From Myxococcota bacterium (GTDB lineage Bacteria; Myxococcota_A; SURF-8): a DNA stretch of 64,000 bases. Under the pieces are notes generated by a model that saw only the letters and a program-made list of their open reading frames with translations, was not told the origin of the DNA and ran no database searches. The stretch lies in NCBI GenBank assembly GCA_963674735.2, contig CAXXQS010000001.1, positions 2,240,001-2,304,000 on the forward strand, in the 5' to 3' direction. Position numbers and translations under genes: made by a program. The stretch's first letter is position 1; every line of letters begins with the position of its first letter. This document shows, piece after piece, positions 29,330 to 38,926 of this stretch.

Positions 29330-31678
29330 TCAGGTAGCTTCCATCGCCTTGTATAATTCACTTAGTCTTTTGCGCGCCAATTTATGCACTTCTTTCGCCG
29401 GTCGATTCATCAATATTTCAACGCCATCATCAATGCTGCGGATCGTCCAGATATGAAATTTACCGGCTTTCACGGCGGAGACCACTTCATCATCCAAAAC
29501 CAGATTGACTTCGTTCTGGTGCGGAATCACCACCCCTTGCCGACCGGTCAGTCCTTTGGCTTTACAAATCCGGAAAACGCCTTCGATTTTTTCGTTGGCC
29601 CCGCCGATAGGCTGCACTTCCCCGCGTTGGTTCATGGAGCCGGTAATGCAAACCCCCTGGCGGATGGGAACTTGGGCCAATGAGCTGATCAAAGCATACA
29701 ATTCGGCGCAAGAAGCCGAATCACCCTCGATCGTTCCGTACATCTGCTCGAAACACAAAGAGGCCGATAGCGCCAAAGGTTTTTCCTGGGCGTAAAGCCC
29801 ACCAATAATCCCCACCAGGATGAGAGACGCCTTGGAGTGAATCTGCCCCGACATCTTCGCCTCGCGGTCGATGTTCAGAATGCCGCTCTGGCCGACATAA
29901 GTTTTCGCCGTGATACGGGAGGGAATCCCGAATGCGTGGTCACCGATGTCGTACACGGCGATACCGTTGATCTGACCGACCACCTCCCCTTTCACGTCGA
30001 TAAGCACATGCCCTTCCCGGATCTGTTCGTACATCTCGTACTCAAGCTTACCGGTCCGGTAGCTGCGTTCACGCATGGCCCGCAGCACGTGCTTTTCACT
30101 CACGATTTTTGCGCCGCTCTCATACGCCCAGAAATTGGCCTCCGATACGATGTTGATCAGGTTGATGAAGCGGGCACTCAAACGCCGCTGATGTTCGGCC
30201 AAGCGGGAACCGTATTCGATGATGCGCGCCATGGCCGAGGCATCGAAGTGCAACAAGCCGTCTTCCTCGACCAGCCGCCGAATGAAACCGGCATACTTCT
30301 TCATGTTGGTCAGGTTGCGCGGCAGATATTCATCGAACTCGGCTTTCACCTTGAACAGCCGCGAGAAATCCTCGTCGTAATGCAACATGTAGTAGTAGAA
30401 ATCGAAATTCCCGATCAGAATCACCTTCGTCTGCAAGGGAATCGGCATGGGCTTGGGTGAGACCGTCGATCGCGTACGCTGCTCGATGTCCAGTTCCTCG
30501 ATGGTCACTTCCTTGTTGCGCAACGCCTTTTTCAACGCGTCCCAGGCATACATGCTCTTCATGAGATCGTTCGCCTGGATCACCAGGTAGCCACCGTTGG
30601 CGCGGTGCAAAGATCCGGCGCGAATCAGCGTGTAATCGGTAAACAAGATGCCGAAATGCTCCTGATATTCCACACAGCCAAGCAGGTTGTGCAACGTGGG
30701 CGTATTCTCGAAAACCACCGGTGCACCCGTGCCGTTCTTGTTTTTCACAAGCACGTTCACCCGGAATTCGTGAAAATCGGGTTGGGGTGGAGCGGGCATG
30801 CCCTCCCCTAGACCCTCGACATCTTCCTGGCTACGTTGAAAATCGCGGAAGGCATCGGGGATTTGCAAACGCATGGTATCGAACCACTTGTTCAGGTCCT
30901 GAACCATACCGTATTTCCGCTTCAGATCTTCAACCAGATCTTCCGTGTTTTTCAGGATCTGGTCGTGCTCCAGCTTCCGGATTTGCGACTGCTTGACGCG
31001 GTCGAGTTTGCGTTGGTTGCGCAGAAAGTCGCTGATTTCGTCCTGTATGTCACGCACCTTGTCTTCGTAGTATTTACGCTCGACCATCGTAAGCTGTTCG
31101 AATTCCTCGTGGTCGAGGGGCCGCCCGTCACGGATCACCTGAATCAGCAATTCCCCGCTGACCTGCTCGATATGCAAATCGTTTTTACGACCCAGCCGCT
31201 TCAAGCGGTTGAAAACACGCTGTTCTTTCTTGCGGCTGGTTTCTTCGATTTTCTGGCCCAACTGCAGGTACTTATCGCCTTCCTGTACCCGTGGGATCAG
31301 CCGTTTCAACTCGTTGACAAAGGCGCTCATATCCTTCTGGAACTGAACCCCCATCCCCGGCGACATCTGAAAAGCCTGGGGACGGTTCGAATCATCAAAA
31401 TTGTAAACGTAGACCCAGTCGGGGGCGGTTGGCTCGTTGCGCGCCCTTTTTTTGAGCAGGTTCTTCAAGATCGAGGTCTTGCCCGATCCCGAATCGCCAA
31501 GCAGGTAGATATTGAAGCCCTTCATCTTGTTGGAAAGACCGAAGTTGACAGCTCGGATGGCGCGCTCGTGGCCGAATGCGCCTTTGAGCATTTTGACATC
31601 CTGGGTGCTCTTGTAAGTCAGGCAATCCGCGTCGCAGCGGTTCGTCAGTTTTTCCCAGTTCAATTCGCGCTTGGCCAT
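29330..31678 (-). CDS. Lon-like protease, LonC type (AAA-like plus S16 protease domain)
   Basis: Walker A GDSGSGKT, DWVYVYNF, coiled-coil insert, GSLHRANGGYL with no Walker B acidic pair, EGDSAS (Ser) and GGANEKIEG (Lys) dyad. Confidence 0.92.
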   Translation of the reverse strand: MAKRELNWEKLTNRCDADCLTYKSTQDVKMLKGAFGHERAIRAVNFGLSNKMKGFNIYLLGDSGSGKTSILKNLLKKRARNEPTAPDWVYVYNFDDSNRPQAFQMSPGMGVQFQKDMSAFVNELKRLIPRVQEGDKYLQLGQKIEETSRKKEQRVFNRLKRLGRKNDLHIEQVSGELLIQVIRDGRPLDHEEFEQLTMVERKYYEDKVRDIQDEISDFLRNQRKLDRVKQSQIRKLEHDQILKNTEDLVEDLKRKYGMVQDLNKWFDTMRLQIPDAFRDFQRSQEDVEGLGEGMPAPPQPDFHEFRVNVLVKNKNGTGAPVVFENTPTLHNLLGCVEYQEHFGILFTDYTLIRAGSLHRANGGYLVIQANDLMKSMYAWDALKKALRNKEVTIEELDIEQRTRSTVSPKPMPIPLQTKVILIGNFDFYYYMLHYDEDFSRLFKVKAEFDEYLPRNLTNMKKYAGFIRRLVEEDGLLHFDASAMARIIEYGSRLAEHQRRLSARFINLINIVSEANFWAYESGAKIVSEKHVLRAMRERSYRTGKLEYEMYEQIREGHVLIDVKGEVVGQINGIAVYDIGDHAFGIPSRITAKTYVGQSGILNIDREAKMSGQIHSKASLILVGIIGGLYAQEKPLALSASLCFEQMYGTIEGDSASCAELYALISSLAQVPIRQGVCITGSMNQRGEVQPIGGANEKIEGVFRICKAKGLTGRQGVVIPHQNEVNLVLDDEVVSAVKAGKFHIWTIRSIDDGVEILMNRPAKEVHKLARKRLSELYKAMEAT

Positions 31679-31687
31679 TGGTTTCCC

Positions 31688-32971
31688 CTATTTCTTCTTT
31701 TTCTTGACAGCTTTTCTGCGGCGGGCCTCCTGCGCATCGATCTTCTGGCGGGCGATACTCTGAATCGCCGACGACACAGCCCGGCTTTTGGAGATTATTT
31801 TGATGTCTTTTTCGAACAGAGTGCCAAGCATCTTGTTGGCAATGGTCAACGGGGTCTTGGGATTGGTCACCAAGGCATGCCGGATCGCATAGGTCCGCGT
31901 ATAGGCCGCCATTTTCGCAATCTGTTCCAGTACTTCGGAGTCGACGGTACGCGACTCGGCGGCGCGTTCGATCTCGGTGGCGGTGACTCGGGGGTTGCGC
32001 AGCACTTCTTTGGCCACTAGCGCCAAGGCATCATCGACCAGAATCTTACGGGCTTCCATGTTGCCACGCACCGCCAGCCGCATTTTCTGCGGGACGGTCA
32101 TTTCGCGAACCATATCACGCATGTTGAGCTTGTTTTTGATCTTGCTCTCAATGATTTCGGCTTCGGCATCCAGGTCGGCATCCGCCTCGAAATCGGACGT
32201 TAGAAACGAGGGATACTCCCAATCAACCTCGCCGTCCTCCGTCTTGATTTCATGCACCACCTTTTCGGGGACGATATCCTCCGGCTTGACCTTCCCGAGA
32301 AATTGGTCGATCAGCCGATTTTCATCATCGATCGTAATCAGGCGTTGGCGGCGCGCAAATTCGAGAACACGCGAGAGAAGAGCGATGGAGACGCGCGGAT
32401 TCTTGGCAAACTCACTGATGATTTGCGGTGAACGCTGCAAACGCGACTGATTATTGGCGATCAGATCCACGATCTTGGGTGGCCCGACGCGGGTGAGAAG
32501 AAGCAGCGTCTCGGTACCCGTCGCCGCGTTGAAAATGATCGTTTCGAGAATCCGATCCGGATCGTCCTCGGTGTAAAAATTGCGCGCCAGGTAATCGTTC
32601 AATTTCCAAGGATGTTTTTGACTGGCAATGGTCTGGATAAGACCAACCGGCAGATCGTCCAGGCTTTCCTCAGCGGCTTCACGCACGGCCTTGTTTTCGT
32701 CGTTCATCAGGGCGAACAGCGTCAAGCCCATCTCTTTAGGCGGCATGGGTGCCAGATTGCGGGCCAACAGCATGCGCCGCGTCGGATCGGCCTGAGGTGC
32801 GAGATTTTTCTTGATTTCCTCGGGTATCTCTTCCGGTGTTAGCGGCTGGTAGATCAACTCCACCCCACCGATATTGGCCAGGACTTCTTCGGCCTCGGAC
32901 TGCCGTTCGCTTGTAAACAGCTGCGCCGAGCCGGCAGCCGTTGCGTCGTCAGGATTTCTGGTTTCGCTCAT
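31688..32971 (-). CDS. Conserved helical-repeat hypothetical protein (LRV/HEAT-like)
   Basis: IANNQSRL...NPR, MTVPQKMRLAVRGNMEARKILV, VLRNPRVT..E, ALVTNPKTP; overlaps coaX and sits 9 bp from lonC. Confidence 0.7.
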   Translation of the reverse strand: MSETRNPDDATAAGSAQLFTSERQSEAEEVLANIGGVELIYQPLTPEEIPEEIKKNLAPQADPTRRMLLARNLAPMPPKEMGLTLFALMNDENKAVREAAEESLDDLPVGLIQTIASQKHPWKLNDYLARNFYTEDDPDRILETIIFNAATGTETLLLLTRVGPPKIVDLIANNQSRLQRSPQIISEFAKNPRVSIALLSRVLEFARRQRLITIDDENRLIDQFLGKVKPEDIVPEKVVHEIKTEDGEVDWEYPSFLTSDFEADADLDAEAEIIESKIKNKLNMRDMVREMTVPQKMRLAVRGNMEARKILVDDALALVAKEVLRNPRVTATEIERAAESRTVDSEVLEQIAKMAAYTRTYAIRHALVTNPKTPLTIANKMLGTLFEKDIKIISKSRAVSSAIQSIARQKIDAQEARRRKAVKKKKK

Positions 32972-33719
32972 AAATCAACCTCAGGCCATGAAGGGTTAAG
33001 GCGGGGTCCACCTCTTCGATAACTTGCGAATGCTTGGCAATCACCGCAGCCTGCCCCCCGGTGGCCATGACGCGGGTCGGAAAGTTCATTTCACCCTTCA
33101 AACGCATTACCATGCCGTCCACCATGGCGACATAGCCGTACACCAGGCCCGAGCGAATCGAGTCTACCGTGTTTTTACCCAGTGCCGAGGTCGGAGCGGA
33201 GAACTGAACACGCGGCAGTTTGGAAGCCCGGTGAAACAGGGCGTCGGCGGAGATGCCGATACCCGGACTGATCGTGCCACCCATGTATTCACCTTTTTGA
33301 GAGACACAGTCACAGGTGGTGGCGGTACCGAAATCGACGATGATCAAGCCGCTTCTATAACGTTCATAGGCAGCCACGGCGTTGACGATACGATCGGCCC
33401 CCACCTCACGCGGGTTATCGTACAAAATCGGCATACCGGTTTTGACGCCGGGCCCGACCGAGATGGGATCTTGATCGAAGTACTTCAGGCAGGCGCGCTC
33501 GATGGTACTCTGAATCGGGGGAACCACACAAGCCATGATACACCCCGAAATGTCGTCCTTTTTCACCGATGCAATGTCGAAAAGTTGCTTGAGCTGAATT
33601 CCATATTCATCATCGGTTTTGTTCTGCTTGGTTGCGATGCGCCAGTCATATGCCAGACGATCACCTTTGAACAAGCCGAAAACAATATTCGTGTTCCCGA
33701 TATCGATCACCAGTAGCAT
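32949..33719 (-). CDS. coaX: Type III pantothenate kinase
   Basis: LLVIDIGNTN, YDNPREVGADR, VDFGTATT, GGTISPG, ATGG, LTLHGL. Confidence 0.97.
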   Translation of the reverse strand: MLLVIDIGNTNIVFGLFKGDRLAYDWRIATKQNKTDDEYGIQLKQLFDIASVKKDDISGCIMACVVPPIQSTIERACLKYFDQDPISVGPGVKTGMPILYDNPREVGADRIVNAVAAYERYRSGLIIVDFGTATTCDCVSQKGEYMGGTISPGIGISADALFHRASKLPRVQFSAPTSALGKNTVDSIRSGLVYGYVAMVDGMVMRLKGEMNFPTRVMATGGQAAVIAKHSQVIEEVDPALTLHGLRLIYERNQKS

Positions 33720-33774
33720 GGCGGAACTCCTCCCTGGCTAATGGGCGCGAGTTTAGCATACCGCTGGCCACCAT

Positions 33775-33812
33775 CAAAATGAAAACGCCGGTCGGTTCGA
33801 CCCGACCGGCGT
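33775..33812 (-). terminator. Terminator of the pnt operon
   Basis: ACGCCGGTCGG-N6-CCGACCGGCGT followed on the minus strand by TTTCATTTT. Confidence 0.8.
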
Positions 33813-33834
33813 GTGTGATCGTCGAAAAAGGACT

Positions 33835-35247
33835 CTAGTGTGCGCCCTTTAACGCCCGCACCAGGCTTTCGGTGGTTTCCTTGGCATCGCCCAACAGCAT
33901 CATGGTATTGGAGCGATAGAACAGATCGTTGTCCACCCCGGCATAGCCGGACCCCAGGCTGCGTTTCAAAAAGAGTACCGTCTGCGCCCGTTCGACTTCC
34001 AGAATGGGCATCCCGAAAATCGGACTATTGGGATCTTTGGCCGCCGGGTTGGTGACATCGTTCGCACCGATGACGAAGGCCACGTCGGTGTTGGGAAAGT
34101 CGTTGTTGATGTCGTCCATCTCGAACACCTGATCGTAGGGCACGTTGGCATCGGCCAACAGAACGTTCATATGCCCGGGCATACGTCCGGCGACGGGATG
34201 CACCGCAAAACGGACGTTGACATTCTCCGCCCCGAGACGCTCCATCATCTCGCGCACCGCGTGCTGCGCCTGTGCGACCGCCATCCCGTAACCCGGTACG
34301 ATCACGACATTCTCCGCCTGTTTCAGCAAAAATGCCGCGTCCTCCACGCTTCCGATGTTGGCTCCGCGTTGTTGCGCCTGGGCGGCGGCCGAAGGTGCGG
34401 CGGCATCGCCGCTGCCGAAACCGCCGAACAATACGCTCAGGAAACTGCGGTTCATGGCCCGGCACATGATGTAGGAAAGAATCGCACCGGAAGCGCCGAT
34501 CAACGCACCGGTAATGATCAACAGGTTGTTGTTGAGCGTGAAGCCGATTCCGGCCGCAGCCCAACCCGAATAAGAATTGAGCATCGACACGATCACCGGC
34601 ATATCCGCCCCGCCGATGGGAATGATAAGCGTCACACCCAAAACCAGTGCAACGGCCGTCATCAGCCAGAAAGGCAGCCCCGCCTGACTGGCGGCGAAAC
34701 CGACCCCGAGCGCGACGATGGTCAGCCCGAGCAGCGCGTTCAGGGCGTGCTGCCCTTTGAATCGCACCGGAGCCGAGCCCATCAAGCCCTGAAGCTTGGC
34801 GAAAGCCACCAGCGACCCGCTGAAGGTAATCGCTCCGATCGCGTCGCCCAACAACATCTCGATCAGGCTGGAGGTGTAAATTCCACCTTCGGGAGCGGCG
34901 ATTCCGTATGCGGCCGGGGCGTAGAACGCGCCCTTGGCTACGAATACCGCCGCTAGACCCACCAAACTATGCAGCATGGCCACCAACTGCGGGAGCGCCG
35001 TCATTTGGATCCGCAGGGCCACTCCCACACCGATGCTCCCGCCTACCACAATGGCTCCGAGAATCCAGCCGTGGTGATGCACGTCCGGCGCGGCCAGCGT
35101 GGCCAAAACGGCCAACGCCATCCCGCAGATGGCATACACGTTTCCCCGGCGGGCCGTTTCCGGCGAGCTGAGGCCCTTGAGCCCAAAGATAAAAAGCACC
35201 GAGGCGGCCAAATACGCCAGCAGCGAAAAATCTTGATACGTCATCAT
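33835..35247 (-). CDS. pntB: NAD(P) transhydrogenase beta subunit
   Basis: GLKGLSSPETARRGN, MTALPQLVA..HS, IGGADMPV, VPGYGMAVAQAQH, HPVAGRMPGHMNVLL, GANDVTNP. Confidence 0.98.
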   Translation of the reverse strand: MMTYQDFSLLAYLAASVLFIFGLKGLSSPETARRGNVYAICGMALAVLATLAAPDVHHHGWILGAIVVGGSIGVGVALRIQMTALPQLVAMLHSLVGLAAVFVAKGAFYAPAAYGIAAPEGGIYTSSLIEMLLGDAIGAITFSGSLVAFAKLQGLMGSAPVRFKGQHALNALLGLTIVALGVGFAASQAGLPFWLMTAVALVLGVTLIIPIGGADMPVIVSMLNSYSGWAAAGIGFTLNNNLLIITGALIGASGAILSYIMCRAMNRSFLSVLFGGFGSGDAAAPSAAAQAQQRGANIGSVEDAAFLLKQAENVVIVPGYGMAVAQAQHAVREMMERLGAENVNVRFAVHPVAGRMPGHMNVLLADANVPYDQVFEMDDINNDFPNTDVAFVIGANDVTNPAAKDPNSPIFGMPILEVERAQTVLFLKRSLGSGYAGVDNDLFYRSNTMMLLGDAKETTESLVRALKGAH

Positions 35248-35259
35248 ACCCCCCCTTTT

Positions 35260-35541
35260 CTACCGGCGTTTCTTGAATTTGTTCAACATACGCTGGGTCA
35301 CCACGAAACCGCCGAAGACGTTCACCGAAGCCAGCGTCACGGCGACCAGACCGAACAGGCTGGCCAGTTGAAACTCTTCGGGGGCAGCGGCGATGATGGC
35401 ACCCACCACAATCACGCCACTGATGGCATTGGTCACCGACATGAGCGGCGTATGCAAGGCGGGGGTGACGTTCCACACCACGTGATAGCCGACAAACACG
35501 GCCAGAATGAAAACGGTTAATGCGGCGATGAAAACACTCAT
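35260..35541 (-). CDS. pntAb: NAD(P) transhydrogenase alpha subunit, membrane part
   Basis: [31 protein letters not shown]. Confidence 0.96.
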   Translation of the reverse strand: MSVFIAALTVFILAVFVGYHVVWNVTPALHTPLMSVTNAISGVIVVGAIIAAAPEEFQLASLFGLVAVTLASVNVFGGFVVTQRMLNKFKKRR

Positions 35542-35568
35542 ACCAAACCTCCCAAATCTTCAAATCCC

Positions 35569-36705
35569 TCACGCGGTTTGCGATCCACCCAGCATGGGAT
35601 GCACGATGCGTCCGTCATGAGCCACCAAGGATCCGGCCACGATTTCATCAGCGCGGTCGATCGCGAAATGCCCTTCCTTATCCAGCATATTGAACAGGAA
35701 GTTCACCACGTTGCGGGAAAACAGGTTCGACGCTTCGCCCGCCAGCAGCGACGGCAAATTGACCGTGCCGATAAGAGTCACGCCGTGGCGCAGCACCGTT
35801 TCATCTTTCTCGGTCAATTCGCAGTTGCCTCCACCCTCGGCGGCGAGGTCCACAATTACCGAGCCGGGCTTCATGCCCGCAACCGTGGCAGCGGAAATCA
35901 AACGCGGGCTGGGACGCCCCGGAACGGCCGCCGTGGTGATGACGATGTCCATTTTTTTGATGTGCTCGCCCAGTAACTCGACCTGGCGGGCCCGTTCCTC
36001 GTCGTTGAGTTCGCGTGCGTAACCGCCGGAAGTCTCGGCATCGCCGATACCCAGATCGATTTCAACGAACTTCGCCCCCAGGCTCTTCACCTGCTCCTTG
36101 ACGGCGCTGCGGATGTCGAAGGAGGAGACCACCGCACCCAAGCGTTTGGCGGTCGCAATGGCCTGCAAACCGGCCACGCCCGCCCCGATCACCAGCACCT
36201 TGGCCGGTCGGACCGTCCCGGCGGCGGTCATGAACATGGGCAGCAAGCCCTGGTAGGTATTCGCCGCCAGAAGGACGGCTTTATATCCGGCCAGATTGGC
36301 CTGCGAACTGAGAATATCCATCGACTGCGCACGGGTGATACGCGGCACCATCTCCAGGGCGAAGACGGAGACGCCGCGTTCGGCCAGATTTTCGATGGTT
36401 TCCTTTTCATTGAACGGCCGCATGGCGGCAATCAACACCGCACCGGATTTGAAGCGTTTCACCTCATCCGAACTTGGCGGCTGTATTTTAACGACAATAT
36501 CGGAGCGGTCGAGTACGTCTTCCGCCGTCTCGGCCAGTTCGGCTCCCGCATCGAGATACTCGGCGTCGCTGAAATTTGCGGCGCTACCCGCGCCTTTCTC
36601 CACTAAAACGGCGAAACCCTTCGCTTTGAGCTTCCCCACCGTTTCAGGCGTCGACGCCACCCGGTTTTCACCCGCCATCCGCTCTCGCACAATCCCAACC
36701 ACCAT
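35569..36705 (-). CDS. pntAa: NAD(P) transhydrogenase alpha subunit, soluble NAD(H)-binding part
   Basis: ENRVASTP, PRITRAQSMDILSSQ, GAGVAGLQA, GGYA, DLAAEGGGNC; RBS AAAGGAGG before ATG 36705. Confidence 0.96.
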   Translation of the reverse strand: MVVGIVRERMAGENRVASTPETVGKLKAKGFAVLVEKGAGSAANFSDAEYLDAGAELAETAEDVLDRSDIVVKIQPPSSDEVKRFKSGAVLIAAMRPFNEKETIENLAERGVSVFALEMVPRITRAQSMDILSSQANLAGYKAVLLAANTYQGLLPMFMTAAGTVRPAKVLVIGAGVAGLQAIATAKRLGAVVSSFDIRSAVKEQVKSLGAKFVEIDLGIGDAETSGGYARELNDEERARQVELLGEHIKKMDIVITTAAVPGRPSPRLISAATVAGMKPGSVIVDLAAEGGGNCELTEKDETVLRHGVTLIGTVNLPSLLAGEASNLFSRNVVNFLFNMLDKEGHFAIDRADEIVAGSLVAHDGRIVHPMLGGSQTA

Positions 36706-36945
36706 GGAGCCCTCCTTTCGCATCACGATAGGTTTGCCCGTGTTTGACGATACCCAGACTGCAATAACCACAAATTAGGTCGTCATTGACAAGCGTCACC
36801 CGAAAGACGTTCCGGTGAAGGCATTTATTCCGATAATTCGGCGGCTTAGCCGTGATTCAGATTTGCATTGGGCGAAGGCGCAGAACATGCTATCGTCCTC
36901 ATTCTGATCGGTAACGGATATATGGGACTCGCCAAGGAGACAGCC

Positions 36946-37875
36946 ATGCCCCCGGAATTCACCCCCCAAAATCTATACGGCTGGCCGGGATTGGTCGCCA
37001 ATCTCGGACCGCTCAGTATCGGCTTGGCCCCGGACATCGGCGGCCGCATCATTTCGTTGACCTATGAAGGCAAAGAATTGCTCTTCGTACAAAAAGAACA
37101 TGCGGGAGAAACCTTCGATTTCAGTCAGGTTTCCGATCTCGACGCCGAAAAGCGCCGTCTCGGCTTCCGTCTGTGGGGCGGCGACAAGACCTGGGTAGCC
37201 CCACAGGAAGCCTGGACCGAAGCCATGCCGCCTTTGGAATTGGACGCCGGGCGCTATTCCTGCACACATGAAGGTCTCCAGGCTGTCATGACCAGCCCCG
37301 TCTGCCACGAAACCGGGCTACGCATCAGCCGAGAAGTGTGCTTAGCTGACGATGGCACCATAGAACTATGCCAGACTTTCCACAATGCGACCGATACGCC
37401 GGTCACGCGCGGCATCTGGGACGTCACCCAGGCATTGCGGCCCTTCGACGTCTATTTTCCTTGTAAAAAAGAAGACTTACGTCCATATCCGCAGGAAGGC
37501 GATTCCGTCGTATTGGCGGATCAATTGTTGGAAGAAGTCGAGGGCTGGACGCGCCTACCCTGCCGCGAGGCCGCCCACTTCAAGTTCGGTGCCCGGCTCG
37601 ATAAAGGCATGTTGATCGCCCTGCGACCGGTTAAAAACGGCATGCTGATCTTCGGCCGCCGTTTCCGGGTCGATCCGGAGGGACACTACCTGCACGGGGC
37701 CAACGCCGAAGTCTACAACAGCCCCAACATGAACTACCTGGAAATCGAAGTTCACGGACCCAGCCGAACCCTTTCGCCCGGTGAAAAGCTGCAACATATC
37801 CAGAAATGGAAAATCGGCCGTTCCCCCCGGATTCTAACTCCGACGGAAGCGGCCGACTTGTTGTTCGAAGCTTAG
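36946..37875 (+). CDS. DUF4380-like (galactose mutarotase-like fold) protein
   Basis: PDIGGRIIS, WGGDKTWVAPQ..W, EVYN...YLEIEVHGP...PGE..H...W; RBS AAGGAG. Confidence 0.72.
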   Translation: MPPEFTPQNLYGWPGLVANLGPLSIGLAPDIGGRIISLTYEGKELLFVQKEHAGETFDFSQVSDLDAEKRRLGFRLWGGDKTWVAPQEAWTEAMPPLELDAGRYSCTHEGLQAVMTSPVCHETGLRISREVCLADDGTIELCQTFHNATDTPVTRGIWDVTQALRPFDVYFPCKKEDLRPYPQEGDSVVLADQLLEEVEGWTRLPCREAAHFKFGARLDKGMLIALRPVKNGMLIFGRRFRVDPEGHYLHGANAEVYNSPNMNYLEIEVHGPSRTLSPGEKLQHIQKWKIGRSPRILTPTEAADLLFEA

Positions 37876-37885
37876 CGGACGGACG

Positions 37886-38923
37886 TTAGCCGAACAGCTT
37901 GTCCATCTCGATGTGTTGCTTGACCATCTCTTCGAGAATAATCACTTTCTCGGGGTCTTCGGTGGTCAGTAGCGGCTGCATGTGGTTCACGCTCATGGCC
38001 ACGGCATAGGTGTCCTTGGCGGTGAGCAGCAGCGGGATCTTCTTCTCGTTGAATTTCGAGATGATGTTGGGGGGAGGCAGAATGTTGTTGGTCAGGATCA
38101 CCGCCGACGCCTCGCCCTCGATCGCCAGAAGCAGCATGTCAGTGCGGTCACCGGCCGTGATGATGAGCTTGTTCTCCTTCTGGAACAGCGGATTGCGCAT
38201 CGCCGCATCGGCCGACATCGCGCCGACGAACACATTCTGCACCTTGTTGCCCAGACGGCTTTCGCCCGACAACACCTTCGGCATAAGCTTTTCGGCCACG
38301 CGCGAAACCGTCAGGCTGGTCAGCTCGGCGTTGAAGGGGATCGCACCCATCACCGGCACACCGATGTTGCGCAGCTCGGGCAGGGTGGACTCGTTGAAGT
38401 CATCGAGGTTGGGGATCTTGTTGACGATCACGCCCGCCAGTTCGACGTCGTACACTTCGAGGAACTTCTTCAGGATGGCGGCGTCGTCGAGCACCAGGTT
38501 TTCGTCGCCGTTGATCACGCACACCATCTTCGCGCCCAAGGTTTTGGCCATCCCGATGGGATCCATGAAAACCGAGCAACCGTAGGAAAAATCTTTGCCG
38601 CTTTCAACAAACAGAACCTCGCGGCCTTCTTCCAGTTTGGTCGCCATGGCGTTCATTTTGTCGGCGATACCCTGCTGATCGTACATATACCGCAGTTTGG
38701 CCTGCTCGAAGCCGATGGTGATGTCCTGGGCTTCTTCTTTGAGCCCGAACAGCGACACCAGCAGCGCCGAGTCGTGATCCCACAACTGCTTTTTCTTGTA
38801 CATCAGGCGATCGCCCAGGGGCTTCATATACCCGAAGGGTTTTCCCAGCGCCTTGGCCATACCGACCACCAGGCTGGTTTTTCCACTATTTCGTCGTACC
38901 GATGTAATTACCACTCTAGCCAT
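37886..38923 (-). CDS. Phosphotransacetylase-family N-terminal protein (BioD-like P-loop plus DRTGG), no PTA catalytic domain
   Basis: SGKTS, GYMKPLG, GVIVNK, VGAMS, ITAGDRTD, LTNNILP. Confidence 0.88.
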   Translation of the reverse strand: MARVVITSVRRNSGKTSLVVGMAKALGKPFGYMKPLGDRLMYKKKQLWDHDSALLVSLFGLKEEAQDITIGFEQAKLRYMYDQQGIADKMNAMATKLEEGREVLFVESGKDFSYGCSVFMDPIGMAKTLGAKMVCVINGDENLVLDDAAILKKFLEVYDVELAGVIVNKIPNLDDFNESTLPELRNIGVPVMGAIPFNAELTSLTVSRVAEKLMPKVLSGESRLGNKVQNVFVGAMSADAAMRNPLFQKENKLIITAGDRTDMLLLAIEGEASAVILTNNILPPPNIISKFNEKKIPLLLTAKDTYAVAMSVNHMQPLLTTEDPEKVIILEEMVKQHIEMDKLFG

Positions 38924-38926
38924 CTC

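Noticed and set aside
26708-36705. Split transketolase and split pntA as frameshifted pseudogenes
   Set aside because: Both two-part architectures are well-known native forms, and each part has its own RBS.
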